Shown here: positions 52,943 to 64,000 of the stretch, piece after piece | Layout: every line of letters begins with the position of its first letter | How positions within the stretch are numbered: the stretch's first letter is position 1 | NCBI RefSeq assembly: GCF_001194135.2 | Contig: NC_068998.1 | Location: 50,650,491 to 50,714,490 of the forward strand | Source: Octopus bimaculoides | Lineage: Eukaryota | DNA length: 64,000 nucleotides | Direction of reading: 5' to 3' | Notes under the pieces: generated by a model | The model's database searches: none | Told to the model about the DNA's origin: nothing | The model's input: only the letters and a program-made list of their open reading frames with translations | Position numbers and translations under genes: made by a program

Positions 52943-53039
52943 TTGTCAAAATAATTTCGTCGCTTCCAGACCGCGACCTGTTCCGTGCTGCATCGGAATG
53001 TTGTCAGTGAAGAGGTCACGGTCTCAAAGGGACGAAAAT
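52943..53039. ncRNA. Inverted pair of family D hammerhead-like motifs within a repeat starting near 52805
   Basis: Minus arm 52984-52943: GGAACA G GTCGC-ggtctggaa-GCGAC GAAA TTATTT TGACAA. Plus arm 53001-53039: TTGTCA GTGAAGA G GTCAC-ggtctcaaa-GGGAC GAAAAT, cut off by a gap. Confidence 0.5.
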
Positions 53040-53682
53040 NNNNNNNNNNNNNNNNNNNNNNNNNNNNNNNNNNNNNNNNNNNNNNNNNNNNNNNNNNNNN
53101 NNNNNNNNNNNNNNNNNNNNNNNNNNNNNNNNNNNNNNNNNNNNNNNNNNNNNNNNNNNNNNNNNNNNNNNNNNNNNNNNNNNNNNNNNNNNNNNNNNNN
53201 NNNNNNNNNNNNNNNNNNNNNNNNNNNNNNNNNNNNNNNNNNNNNNNNNNNNNNNNNNNNNNNNNNNNNNNNNNNNNNNNNNNNNNNNNNNNNNNNNNNN
53301 NNNNNNNNNNNNNNNNNNNNNNNNNNNNNNNNNNNNNNNNNNNNNNNNNNNNNNNNNNNNNNNNNNNNNNNNNNNNNNNNNNNNNNNNNNNNNNNNNNNN
53401 NNNNNNNNNNNNNNNNNNNNNNNNNNNNNNNNNNNNNNNNNNNNNNNNNACATGAAAAATATATGTGTTAAGGAATGGACAATGTTAGCGCGAGGAGAAA
53501 TATTGCTTTGGGGATTTCTTTTATCGGCACGGAAGAGAACTCCAGACATATTTCAGTGTTATTAGGCCTCCTCGGCGAAGTATAGACTTCACTGTACGTG
53601 CATAAGTAATGATGTAACAATCATTGTAGCCTACTCAGTCAAAGCCGTTCATTTCATAATATTGGACAATATATTATTTTTC

Positions 53683-53878
53683 AAGCTGGCCGGATCGTTA
53701 GCATGCCGGACAAAATGCTTAGCAGTATTTCGTCCGGTTTTACATTCTGAGTTCAAATTCCACCGAGGACGTCTTTTCATCCCTTTGGGTCGGTAATAGA
53801 ATTACCATTGGGGTTAATATAACTAACTACACACTCCTCTCAAAAATTTTCATCTCATGTGCCTAGAGTAGAAAGAAT
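53683..53878 (+). mobile_element. Same SINE family, diverged
   Basis: AGCTGGC..ATCGTTAGCATGCCGGACAAAATGCTTAGC...GAGTTCAAATTCC...GCCTAGAGTAGAAAGAAT. Confidence 0.8.
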
Positions 53879-55002
53879 TTTTTTTTCAATTAGGGGGTTA
53901 TTTAGCTGCTACTTTTAGCAAAGTGATTATGCTGACATTAAAACTTTGGTTCGAAGAAGGAGAGGTAATGGTGATTTGTAACGTTCATCCATTTTGATTC
54001 CAAACCGATTTATTGACGTAAATAGAGTGAAATATGTACAAACGGAAATCGAAACCGGATCGCTAATTCAGTTTGGCGGAAGCAACCATCTCATCCACGG
54101 CACTCATTGTAAACTGAGAGACCAAATAATGTTCTTCCACTTCATTACAGTTTCGTATTATTTTCTGTTCACACACGTGAAAAACAAATTATAAACCAGA
54201 TGGACCAGGAATATTTATAGCGTGCGTAGAATGTCACAACGGAAATCTACTTCACTTCCAAGAGAAAGAGTCTCTTTTTCCATTAACCTTTCTCTGATTA
54301 TCTATCTGTCTCTCTCTCCTTTTCTCTCTCACTCTCTATCTACCTTTCAATCCATCCATCTTTCTCTCTCGCTCGCCTGCTTGCTTGCTTGCTCTTCTAG
54401 TATTTCCATTGTATATGAGGTATGATGCAAGCACTTAGCAAACTGGTTGCAAACGCTTCAACGAACTCTCTTAACACGAATGGATCAATAACGGAATCAA
54501 AGTTGCAATTATGGATGAATTTCTTTCATTATCAACGGTTCTCTTAATAAATGCTGCACCATTTATGAAAATCCTTCTGCGATTATAAATTAAAAAATTT
54601 TATAACATTGATTCACAATGTAATTGAATTGTTCTATAGAAAGCTTTCAGAAGGCATGAACTATAATCAGTCGTCTGTGAGACTAAATTTTATACTTATT
54701 CCTCTCTTTTACCTGTTTCAATCATTAGACTGCAGCCATGCTGGGGCATCGCCTTCAGAGACAACTAGTCGAACGAATCGACTCTCGTACTTCATTTGTC
54801 TTAAAGCCTATGATTGTTTAGTTCCTGTGACCTCATCAAACTAACACCGGTTGCAAGCGGTTGTGATGGACAAACACAAACACATACATACATTGATATA
54901 CGCACACATTCACACACACACTCACACACACGCACTCACACACACACATATATATATATATACATACATGTGTGGGTGTGCGCGCGCGTATGTGTGTAAG
55001 CA

Positions 55003-55141
55003 CACGAGGAAGTTCTTTCGATTTCCGTCTATCAAATCCACTCACAAGGTTTTGGTCGGCTCAGGGCCATGGTAGAAGACACGCAGTAGGAATGAACCCA
55101 GAACCATTTGGTTGGGAAGCAAACTTCTTACCACACAGTCA
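55003..55141 (-). mobile_element. Second SINE family, internally deleted copy
   Basis: Reverse complement of the 47939 element: TTTCCGTCTATCAAATCCACTCACAAGG...CTTCTTACCACACAGTC. Confidence 0.8.
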
Positions 55142-55660
55142 CATTAATTTATTTTTTATTTTCTCAAGAAAGAATAGAATATATTATTCCAACTATATTT
55201 TTACGGGAAGATCTTAAGGCTATTTCCCACTGAACGAAACCTCATTATATAAAACATGACTTGCGGACAGGACGATAAAAAATTATGATTCGACGCGCAA
55301 TTGAAAACTTAACGGTGAATTTTTTCTTCCTTGTAAAAAATCGTATTTCTTAGACTTTCAAACTACATCAAGATTTGCATAATAATGGCGGTAGACATGA
55401 TGAGAAAAACTAATCTCAAAAATAATCTTATTTTGAAATATAATAAATTTCTGTCGCTTTTCGTTTTGCTAGTTAATCCTAACATCGAGGAGACTGAAGT
55501 TATAGACATTTAAAATATGCAGAATGACTTCATAATAATCTTGTATGTGATATAAACTTTGATATGACCCTGTATGTGATATCGAATTCATAATGATCTT
55601 GGATGTAATAGGAACATCGTAACGGCGATGTGATATCGGTTTTATAGTGATGTCTACTTT

Positions 55661-55810
55661 ATATTAATTTCAAATTTTGGCCCAGTTTCGGGAGAAGGGT
55701 AAGTCGTACGTCGATTACATTGACCCCAGTACACAACTAGTACTTATTTTATCGACTCCTAAAGGTTAAAGGGCAAAGTCGACTTCGGCGGCGTTTGAAC
55801 TAAGAATGTA
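55661..55810 (-). mobile_element. Same SINE family, 5'-truncated, inside a minisatellite
   Basis: GTCGATTACATTGACCCCAGT...GGGCAAAGTCGACTTCGGCGGCGTTTGAACT. Confidence 0.75.
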
Positions 55811-55858
55811 ACTCAGTATGTGATATTTAGTCCATAATGGCTTTTTATACGTGATATG

Positions 55859-56073
55859 CTTTTCTACTCTAGGCACACGGCCCGCAATTTTGGGGGAGGG
55901 GACCAGTTGATTAGATCGACCCCAGTACGCAACTGGTACTTAATTTATCGACTCCGAAAGGATGAAAGGCAAAGTCGATCTCAGCGGAATTTGAACTCAG
56001 AATGTAACGGCAGACGAAATACCACTAAGCATTTCGCACAGCGTGCTAACGATTCTACCAGCTCGCCGCCCTT
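55859..56073 (-). mobile_element. Same SINE family, full length, inside a minisatellite
   Basis: TTTTCTACTCTAGGCAC...GAAGGATGAAAGGCAAAGTCGA...CCAGCTCGCCGCCCTT. Confidence 0.9.
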
Positions 56074-57794
56074 TTATATGTGATATCGACTTTGTCATAA
56101 CGTTGTATGTGATATCGAGTTTATAATGACACGGTGACATCGGCCTTATCATGACGTTGTATTCGATATCGACTTTATGATAAACCTGCGTAAGGTATCA
56201 ACCTTATATGGGACCTGTTTGTGATATCGACTTTTTCATATGGCTGTTACGTAATACCAAAGACGGCATATGACGAACATGGTTGCTGGTTAGAACTTGG
56301 CTGGCTTCAATCCTATAGAAATATGATGAAAGCTATTATTCTCATAACTATTGCATATTTTTCTCTCAAGCATAATGTATCTAAGAATACATTATCAAAT
56401 ATGTCTTTCTTTTCTTAAGCCAGTATGATGTAACGTAAAAGAGATTGGTGAATGTAGAGGAAGGGAAGAGAAAAAAAACGACCCAAAGGTTTCTGAAATA
56501 GGAAACAGAACATGAAAATATGGAGTTGGACTATGCCCAAGTGTATGTAAGAGAGTGGATTCTGCTAAAAGCAGTCGAGGTTCATACAGGGATAAAAGCG
56601 ATTATGGGTAAGCGTAGAGAAAGATCAAATCTGCCATATAAGAACTGATGCCGTGTATATAACTATCTGTGCAGTTTTCTGTCTCTATTTCTATTCAGAC
56701 GGTCACGTTCAACTCGTAGAGACACTTCTTGAAGGTATCACGTTGGTGGATTGAACCCCAAAACACATGATTTTTCTTTTTTTTACAATCCTTAAAAGAC
56801 GATTATTTTGTAGCAGTGAGAAATCAGAAATATTTTGTAAATTTTCATGAGAAATTGACTTTCTACTAAAGACTCTTTGTCTTTATTTAACACACAAGAT
56901 CACATGGTGTGTAAATCTCCCATACGTGAAGTAAGTAATGTCAAAAAAACCTATGCACGAATTGAACCAGTACTGCTTACTCCGTCAGATAGTAACGTCC
57001 AACTATTTCCATAAGATTTACAATGATATTGCAAACATGGAAGAAATAATTCTGGATGATTTTTATTGTTATAAATTGCCTCCTCGAATGCATCGCCAAA
57101 CCGTGAGGTGATCAAGACGAATATCGTAATATTTGGATGTCGAATCGCCATTTTGACTGTAACGTTAATTTGATTTCAAAGCGAGGAACAAGGTGACAAA
57201 TGTATAAAGAAAGTGAATGAGTGAATCATCTTAATTCATTAACTCCAGTCAAAGTATATTAAAATAAACTACTCTGCTCTGTTTATTAGACTTTGGTGTA
57301 AATTTATTTCAATTACTTCTCTATGCTCTACTTTTTCAAATGAAATAGAGATCCTACAGTTTGTATTGCTAGCTGGATGTAGCAATGTATCTATCGAAAG
57401 ATTTGATAGATGGCGTAATATAAGAAGGAGAAGAAGGAGAAATGAAAAGCAATGAAAGATAAACCGGGAAAAAGAAAACGTGTTAATCCGGAGATCAATA
57501 TTGTAGAACGAGTAAGAGAGAGGAGAACCATGCGAGTGATTCTCATAGAAAATAATTAATCTGTTAACTGTGTCTCCTTTTGTGCATGCTCTATAGAATC
57601 GGTTAAGTGCAATGGAAAGGTATTATGTATTAACTAGAGAAACACTAAGTAGCGTTAGTTCAACTATAGCTGTGAATAATTATATCTACCACGATCGTGT
57701 ATACTCAAACGTGGAAAAGCCTTCGCCGAGGAAATTGTTTTGAGAGAGAGAGACTCCATATAGACAATAAGAATGGAAAACACATCGCTGTATT

Positions 57795-58273
57795 ATGAAT
57801 GACGTCATCAGCCCGTAGGACATGCGTTTCTGTGTCGTTGCATTATCAACATCAAGCATTCATAGCCCACTAAGAACTACCATTCCTATACTTACAAAGC
57901 AAATCATAATTTTGCAGACATGTGCAAAGCTTTGTCAAGCTGGAATTAATTAATTAAAGATAAACCAAGATGCGTTGATTGGAAATATGTGTAGATTTTT
58001 ATTTAACATATTCATGTATACAGAAACAAGGAAAGAATTTCGTTGCGGAAATTTTCTTGGGAATAGAAATTTTTCTTATTGACAATATGTTTGGGTAATG
58101 AATGACATCACTGGACTTCTACATCGTTACGCTTCATCAGTTACGGACACTGAATCCATCGTTCGTAGCCCCCTAAGAACTACCGTTCCTCATAGTTAAA
58201 CAACAAATAATAAATAAGCTGACGTGTGCAAAGCTTTGTCGAGCCCAAATTTGAGGTACACTAAACTGAGATG
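57795..58273. repeat. Diverged ~303-bp tandem duplication
   Basis: Matching islands at an offset of 301-304 bp: ATGAATGAC(G/A)TCA, CTAAGAACTACC(A/G)TTCCT, TGTGCAAAGCTTTGTC(A/G)AGC and TAAAC..AGATG. Confidence 0.85.
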
Positions 58274-59077
58274 ATTATAATACTGGTAATGTATATTTCA
58301 ATTGCATGGTATATATTTTAGTCGGCTACGTGGTATATGACAACATTACTTTTTTGTTTGTTGTTAAATGCTAGGCCAACTCAAATGCAGTAAACCTATG
58401 AATTTTCAACCATCGTTGTAATCCTGTATTGGAAATTTAGAAGTTATGGAAATGTGCATTTAAAAGATACATACTATTTCTAATTTTCAAAAATTCCTAG
58501 TTTCAGGTAGGGGTAAATTGTTACTGCCAATCCCAGTTCTCCACTGCTATTTTATTTTACCGATTCCAAAGAAATGGTAATTTATATTCACTTTGCCGGA
58601 ATTTGAACTCAAATAGTCGAAATACATGACGCAGATTCTGTTTCCCTTTCTTTTTCCCGACGTTCTAATGAAGTTTAAAGCATAAACAAATTACCATGAA
58701 TACATACGGAATAAAAACAAGAATGTATATAATTATAATGAAAGTGTTGTTTATGTGGGAGTCGGATTTGAACTCGTGACCACGCACGCCCTCACAAATA
58801 TTTTCATACTGAGTCAAATTTATTTTGATGTTCACTTTACAAACAATTTTCGAGTGTTTTTTAAAGTGTTTCATGTTGCCGGCAGCAATATTTCTTTTGT
58901 CAACACCCACACAGATATACAGCATCCACTTAATACATACAGACACAAACACGCACGTATTCATCTGCACACATATGCGTATGTATTAATATGTGTGTGC
59001 GTGTGTGTGTAAAACAAATGTGTTTATATTTTTATTCCATATTTAAGTTTCATATACAGACATACACATCTATCAGC

Positions 59078-59110
<33 letters not shown>

Positions 59111-59118
59111 CGTGACTG

Positions 59119-59254
<136 letters not shown>

Positions 59255-60745
59255 TGCAGATAAACCTATATGCGTGCTTGTGTGTGCGTGTACAGATACG
59301 TGATGTATTATACACGGTTGTACTTGTTTACGTGTGTGAATATGTGTCTGTGTACCTATGTTAGCATATACGTATGTATGTTTATACTTATATATTTTTA
59401 TCCCAATGTCTGTCTGTATGTCTGTATACTGAACGTATGTATTTATGTACCATTGCATTCGCAGGCATTTCTTACCTCTTCTCAAGTTATTCATTAATAT
59501 TTCGTCTCTGATATTTCCCAAATGATTGCTTCACTGTTTCTAAAATCTTATATTATCTAGATCAAAGTAGACGCACAATAATCAATACACCTTATGTAAA
59601 GCGTTCAATGTTGTCTTATCATATTTATCTATTTATTTATTTATTTATTCCTCAGTTCGTAGTAAAGTTATCGATACAACGTCATCTTCCCACCCACACA
59701 AGAAGCGTTTCTGCAATTTAGGTGATAACACTTTTAGCTTCTAAGTATTAACTCCCACGCATTCACCTCGCTATAACATATTTAGTTATTAGTAGTGTTC
59801 GTTGCTTGTGTGTTAGTGTATGTGTAGCTGTATGTAACTGTATATATATATATATATATNNNNNNNNNNNNNNNNNNNNNNNNNNNNNNNNNNNNNNNNN
59901 NNNNNNNNNNNNNNNNNNNNNNNNNNNNNNNNNNNNNNNNNNNNNNNNNNNNNNNNNNNNNNNNNNNNNNNNNNNNNNNNNNNNNNNNNNNNNNNNNNNN
60001 NNNNNNNNNNNNNNNNNNNNNNNNNNNNNNNNNNNNNNNNNNNNNNNNNNNNNNNNNNNNNNNNNNNNNNNNNNNNNNNNNNNNNNNNNNNNNNNNNNNN
60101 NNNNNNNNNNNNNNNNNNNNNNNNNNNNNNNNNNNNNNNNNNNNNNNNNNNNNNNNNNNNNNNNNNNNNNNNNNNNNNNNNNNNNNNNNNNNNNNNNNNN
60201 NNNNNNNNNNNNNNNNNNNNNNNNNNNNNNNNNNNNNNNNNNNNNNNNNNNNNNNNNNNNNNNNNNNNNNNNNNNNNNNNNNNNNNNNNNNNNNNNNNNN
60301 NNNNNNNNNNNNNNNNNNNNNNNNNNNNNNNNNNNNNNNNNNNNNNNNNNNNNNNNNNNNNNNNNNNNNNNNNNNNNNNNNNNNNNNNNNNNNNNNNNNN
60401 NNNNNNNNNNNNNNNNNNNNNNNNNNNNNNNNNNNNNNNNNNNNNNNNNNNNNNNNNNNNNNNNNNNNNNNNNNNNNNNNNNNNNNNNNNNNNNNNNNNN
60501 NNNNNNNNNNNNNNNNNNNNNNNNNNNNNNNNNNNNNNNNNNNNNNNNNNNNNNNNNNNNNNNNNNNNNNNNNNNNNNNNNNNNNNNNNNNNNNNNNNNN
60601 NNNNNNNNNNNNNNNNNNNNNNNNNNNNNNNNNNNNNNNNNNNNNNNNNNNNNNNNNNNNNNNNNNNNNNNNNNNNNNNNNNNNNNNNNNNNNNNNNNNN
60701 NNNNNNNNNNNNNNNNNNNNNNNNNNNNNNNNNNNNNNNNNNNNN

Positions 60746-60781
<36 letters not shown>

Positions 60782-61791
60782 CCAACTGGAAAAGATGTTT
60801 ACTTGGGCCTATAACAACAGTAATATCGTCCTTTATAGGACTGCCACGTTCTGTTGGCATATAAACATTAATATATACAGACACACACACACACACATGT
60901 ATGTATGCATATATGTACATATGTTTGTCCATACGTATTTTTGCATGTCATATTGACCGAATCGATAGTGTGACGTTTAATCTATGTGCATTTTAATGAA
61001 ACCGGTGATTCACTGCGACATTACTCACAGTCTTGTCTTACACAATCCACTCGGGCGACAGCAAAATGAATGACAGATCAGCCTGCACCGGAAGTCATTC
61101 CACAGTGAATCAGACCTTGTTCTGCATTAGGCGCATTCCAATCACGTGGTTTGTCTATTTTGTACTCTTGGTGTATAAAGCTTTCAATCGACTTGTGGTT
61201 ATGGTAAAAGACACATAACGAAGAGGGCTCATATAAGGATCGATCTTGAGACTTCGTGATTGTGAAACGGACTCCTTAACCATTTGTGGTTGTCTGCGTC
61301 CAAGTCATATTATTGACAGAGAAATAACCTGAAGTTTGTATGTCTCTCTTTTGAGCAATGCCTACAACAAAAGTAGTTATTGTCAGTACGACAAAGCATC
61401 AGGTGACATACAACTCCTATAGGCCACTGCAATATTAAACTTATATAACAGCTAAAGCCATACTAAAATCATAACGCTAATCTTAATGCCTGCAGTAAGC
61501 TTCATATTAATTATAGCTCTAGTTTCTAATTGTAAAACGAAACTGAATATTAAAATAAATATGAATGGTATACTTAATAAGAATGCTGTATCTTAGAGCG
61601 AATCTAGAGCTAACGCAATCCAAATCTTATTCCTAAAACTAATTAAGTATTTGGTTACTTAATCCTAATACTAAGTATATCCCTAACATATCCTAAAAAT
61701 TAAATTTAATATTAACTGTAGTATTATCTTGTTCATAACATAAAATTTCATTCTTGAATCTGTGATAAGTTAGTTCATGGAGGATGTCTTA

Positions 61792-62014
61792 TTCTTTTCT
61801 ACTCTAGACACAAGGTCCGAAATTTTGGTTGAGGGGGTCAGTCGATTAGATCGACCCCAGGGCGTAACTGGTACTTATTTAATCGACCCCGAAAGGATGA
61901 AAGGCAAAGTCTACCAGCTACGCACTGGGGTAGATGTAATCGACTTAATCTCTTTGTCTGTCCTTGTTCGTCCCCTCTATGTCTAGCCCCTTATGGGCAA
62001 TAAAGAAATAAGAA
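61792..62014. mobile_element. Two partial copies of the same SINE family fused in opposite orientation
   Basis: Minus-strand tail and core 61792-61911 are joined at AAAGTC|TACCAG to a plus-strand tail 61912-62014 that ends AATAAAGAAATAAGAA. Confidence 0.8.
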
Positions 62015-62688
62015 ACGATTCTGGATGCTCGCCTACCTTTAGTAAATGTTTTACATTTACACTGGTTGGCGTAGAGATGTATGATTGCTTAGAATATTAA
62101 TTATTCAGATAAGCTATTCCCATGGAAGACGAAAACATTAGCGTTAAGCGAAAGGTTTCTTTTCCTTTTTTTTTTTTAATCTATCTACTTTATTTGTAAC
62201 CTTAAACAGAACACTAACGAACCGACAGCTAGAAGTAACGGCACCGCTAGAAGTAGAAGCCGTAGCTTTCTCAGATCACAATATACTGTCATATGTAAAT
62301 AAGACGAGGATGTATCGACTGATATAAACCTTTATACGACGAAAAGGTTACATAGCCATGGCTGAAACCGCTTATGTGTAAGGTTTTTCACAATCAAGGA
62401 TGGTCAGTCAAGGGCGAAATATTAACGGCAACAACCAGTAAACATAATTATTTTTCCCAAATACTAAACTGAATACTAATTGAAAACAATCACATCACTA
62501 ACACTAATTATGATCCTAATACTAATTTTGGTTTTGACGTCGTTAATCTATATCCGGAAATAAAACCGAGAGTACCATTTTAACACTGTAACATTGTTTT
62601 TCTTTGTCTCTTCCCTTCTGTATATAAATACATATATAAATACATATATACACACATTCACCCGTGCACTTCAACAAAGCACACACAC

Positions 62689-62893
62689 ACGCCGGGAGAA
62701 ATGCTTAGCGGTATTTCGTCTGCCGCTACGTTCTGAGTTCAAATTCTGCCGAGGTCGACTTTGCCTTTCATCCTTTCGGGGTCGATTAAATAAGTACCAG
62801 TTACGCATTGGGGTCGATCTAATCGACTTAATCCGTTTGTCTGTCTTTGTTTGTCCCCTCTGTGTGTAGCCCCTTGTGGGTAGTAAAGAAATA
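62689..62893 (+). mobile_element. Same SINE family, alternative tail
   Basis: CGCCGGGAGAAATGCTTAGCGG...GTCGACTTTGCCTTTCATCCTTTCGGGGTCGA...CCCCTTGTGGGTAGTAAAGAAATA. Confidence 0.9.
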
Positions 62894-62901
62894 ACACACA
62901 G

Positions 62902-62936
<35 letters not shown>

Positions 62937-63693
62937 CACACACACACACTGGAATAATTTCTATAGACCACGTCCAGGTCCAAAAGGATGAAAGNNNNNN
63001 NNNNNNNNNNNNNNNNNNNNNNNNNNNNNNNNNNNNNNNNNNNNNNNNNNNNNNNNNNNNNNNNNNNNNNNNNNNNNNNNNNNNNNNNNNNNNNNNNNNN
63101 NNNNNNNNNNNNNNNNNNNNNNNNNNNNNNNNNNNNNNNNNNNNNNNNNNNNNNNNNNNNNNNNNNNNNNNNNNNNNNNNNNNNNNNNNNNNNNNNNNNN
63201 NNNNNNNNNNNNNNNNNNNNNNNNNNNNNNNNNNNNNNNNNNNNNNNNNNNNNNNNNNNNNNNNNNNNNNNNNNNNNNNNNNNNNNNNNNNNNNNNNNNN
63301 NNNNNNNNNNNNNNNNNNNNNNNNNNNNNNNNNNNNNNNNNNNNNNNNNNNNNNNNNNNNNNNNNNNNNNNNNNNNNNNNNNNNNNNNNNNNNNNNNNNN
63401 NNNNNNNNNNNNNNNNNNNNNNNNNNNNNNNNNNNNNNNNNNNNNNNNNNNNNNNNNNNNNNNNNNNNNNNNNNNNNNNNNNNNNNNNNNNNNNNNNNNN
63501 NNNNNNNNNNNNNNNNNNNNNNNNNNNNNNNNNNNNNNNNNNNNNNNNNNNNNNNNNNNNNNNNNNNNNNNNNNNNNNNNNNNNNNNNNNNNNNNNNNNN
63601 NNNNNNNNNNNNNNNNNNNNNNNNNNNNNNNNNNNNNNNNNNNNNNNNNNNNNNNNNNNNNNNNNNNNNNNNNNNNNNNNNNNNNNNNNNNNN

Positions 63694-63736
<43 letters not shown>

Positions 63737-63738
<2 letters not shown>

Positions 63739-63782
63739 GAGAATATACAAAAAATAACAACAGACGAGGACAGGTGGTGTAT
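63737..63782 (-). mobile_element. Family B 3' tail fragment
   Basis: Near-identical to 8321-8364 and abuts (TA)n. Confidence 0.65.
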
Positions 63783-64000
63783 ACATTTATACATGTATAC
63801 ATATATACGTATATATGTGCGTGTGTGTGTGCATGTACGTATATATAATATATATATACATACATACATACATATATGTATAAAAATACGTATGTATGTA
63901 TACATACAGGATTATCTGCGCACACTCAGGCGTATACACAGTCACTCCTACACATACGCACACACAAATATATATATACAACATATATTCACATATATAT

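Larger units (their letters stand above)
55541..56262. repeat. Diverged ~29-bp minisatellite interrupted by two SINEs
   Basis: About 12-13 units with consensus near TGTATGTGATATCGACTTTATAATGACGT, e.g. units starting near 55541, 55571, 55600, 56073, 56102, 56157, 56186 and 56215. Confidence 0.8.

Noticed and set aside
61440-61720. Degenerate CTAA-rich hexamer-like stretch resembling telomeric repeats
   Set aside because: It has no run of exact TTAGGG/CCCTAA units and is consistent with AT-rich low complexity.

Overview
Eukaryotic, AT-rich, microsatellite-dense genomic DNA with 18 N-gaps. The SINE set and repeat style suggest a cephalopod, probably Octopus (inference, not verified). One protein-coding gene is supported, on the minus strand. 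It has four in-frame coding exons (40701-39498, 36876-36382, 31549-31439, 15615-15265), all joined by phase-1 GT-AG introns. They encode at least 720 aa of a very acidic secreted precursor with a signal peptide, an RQKR furin site, many dibasic sites and no Cys after the signal, resembling a granin or prohormone. Its 5' UTR exon and 3' end could not be located. The rest is intron or intergenic DNA full of tRNA-derived SINEs, mariner, R4/Dong and RTE relics, a TTAA MITE and simple repeats. The most notable signal is at least four unrelated repeat families that fold into minimal type-I hammerhead-ribozyme-like motifs. Most have one extra nucleotide after the CUGANGA core and a palindromic helix III, which would require dimerisation. 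One family is a tRNA-headed SINE whose copies show inverted and tandem arrangements like Penelope-like elements. Ribozyme activity and novelty are untested. Nearly all ORFs in the supplied track are artefacts of N-gaps or microsatellites.
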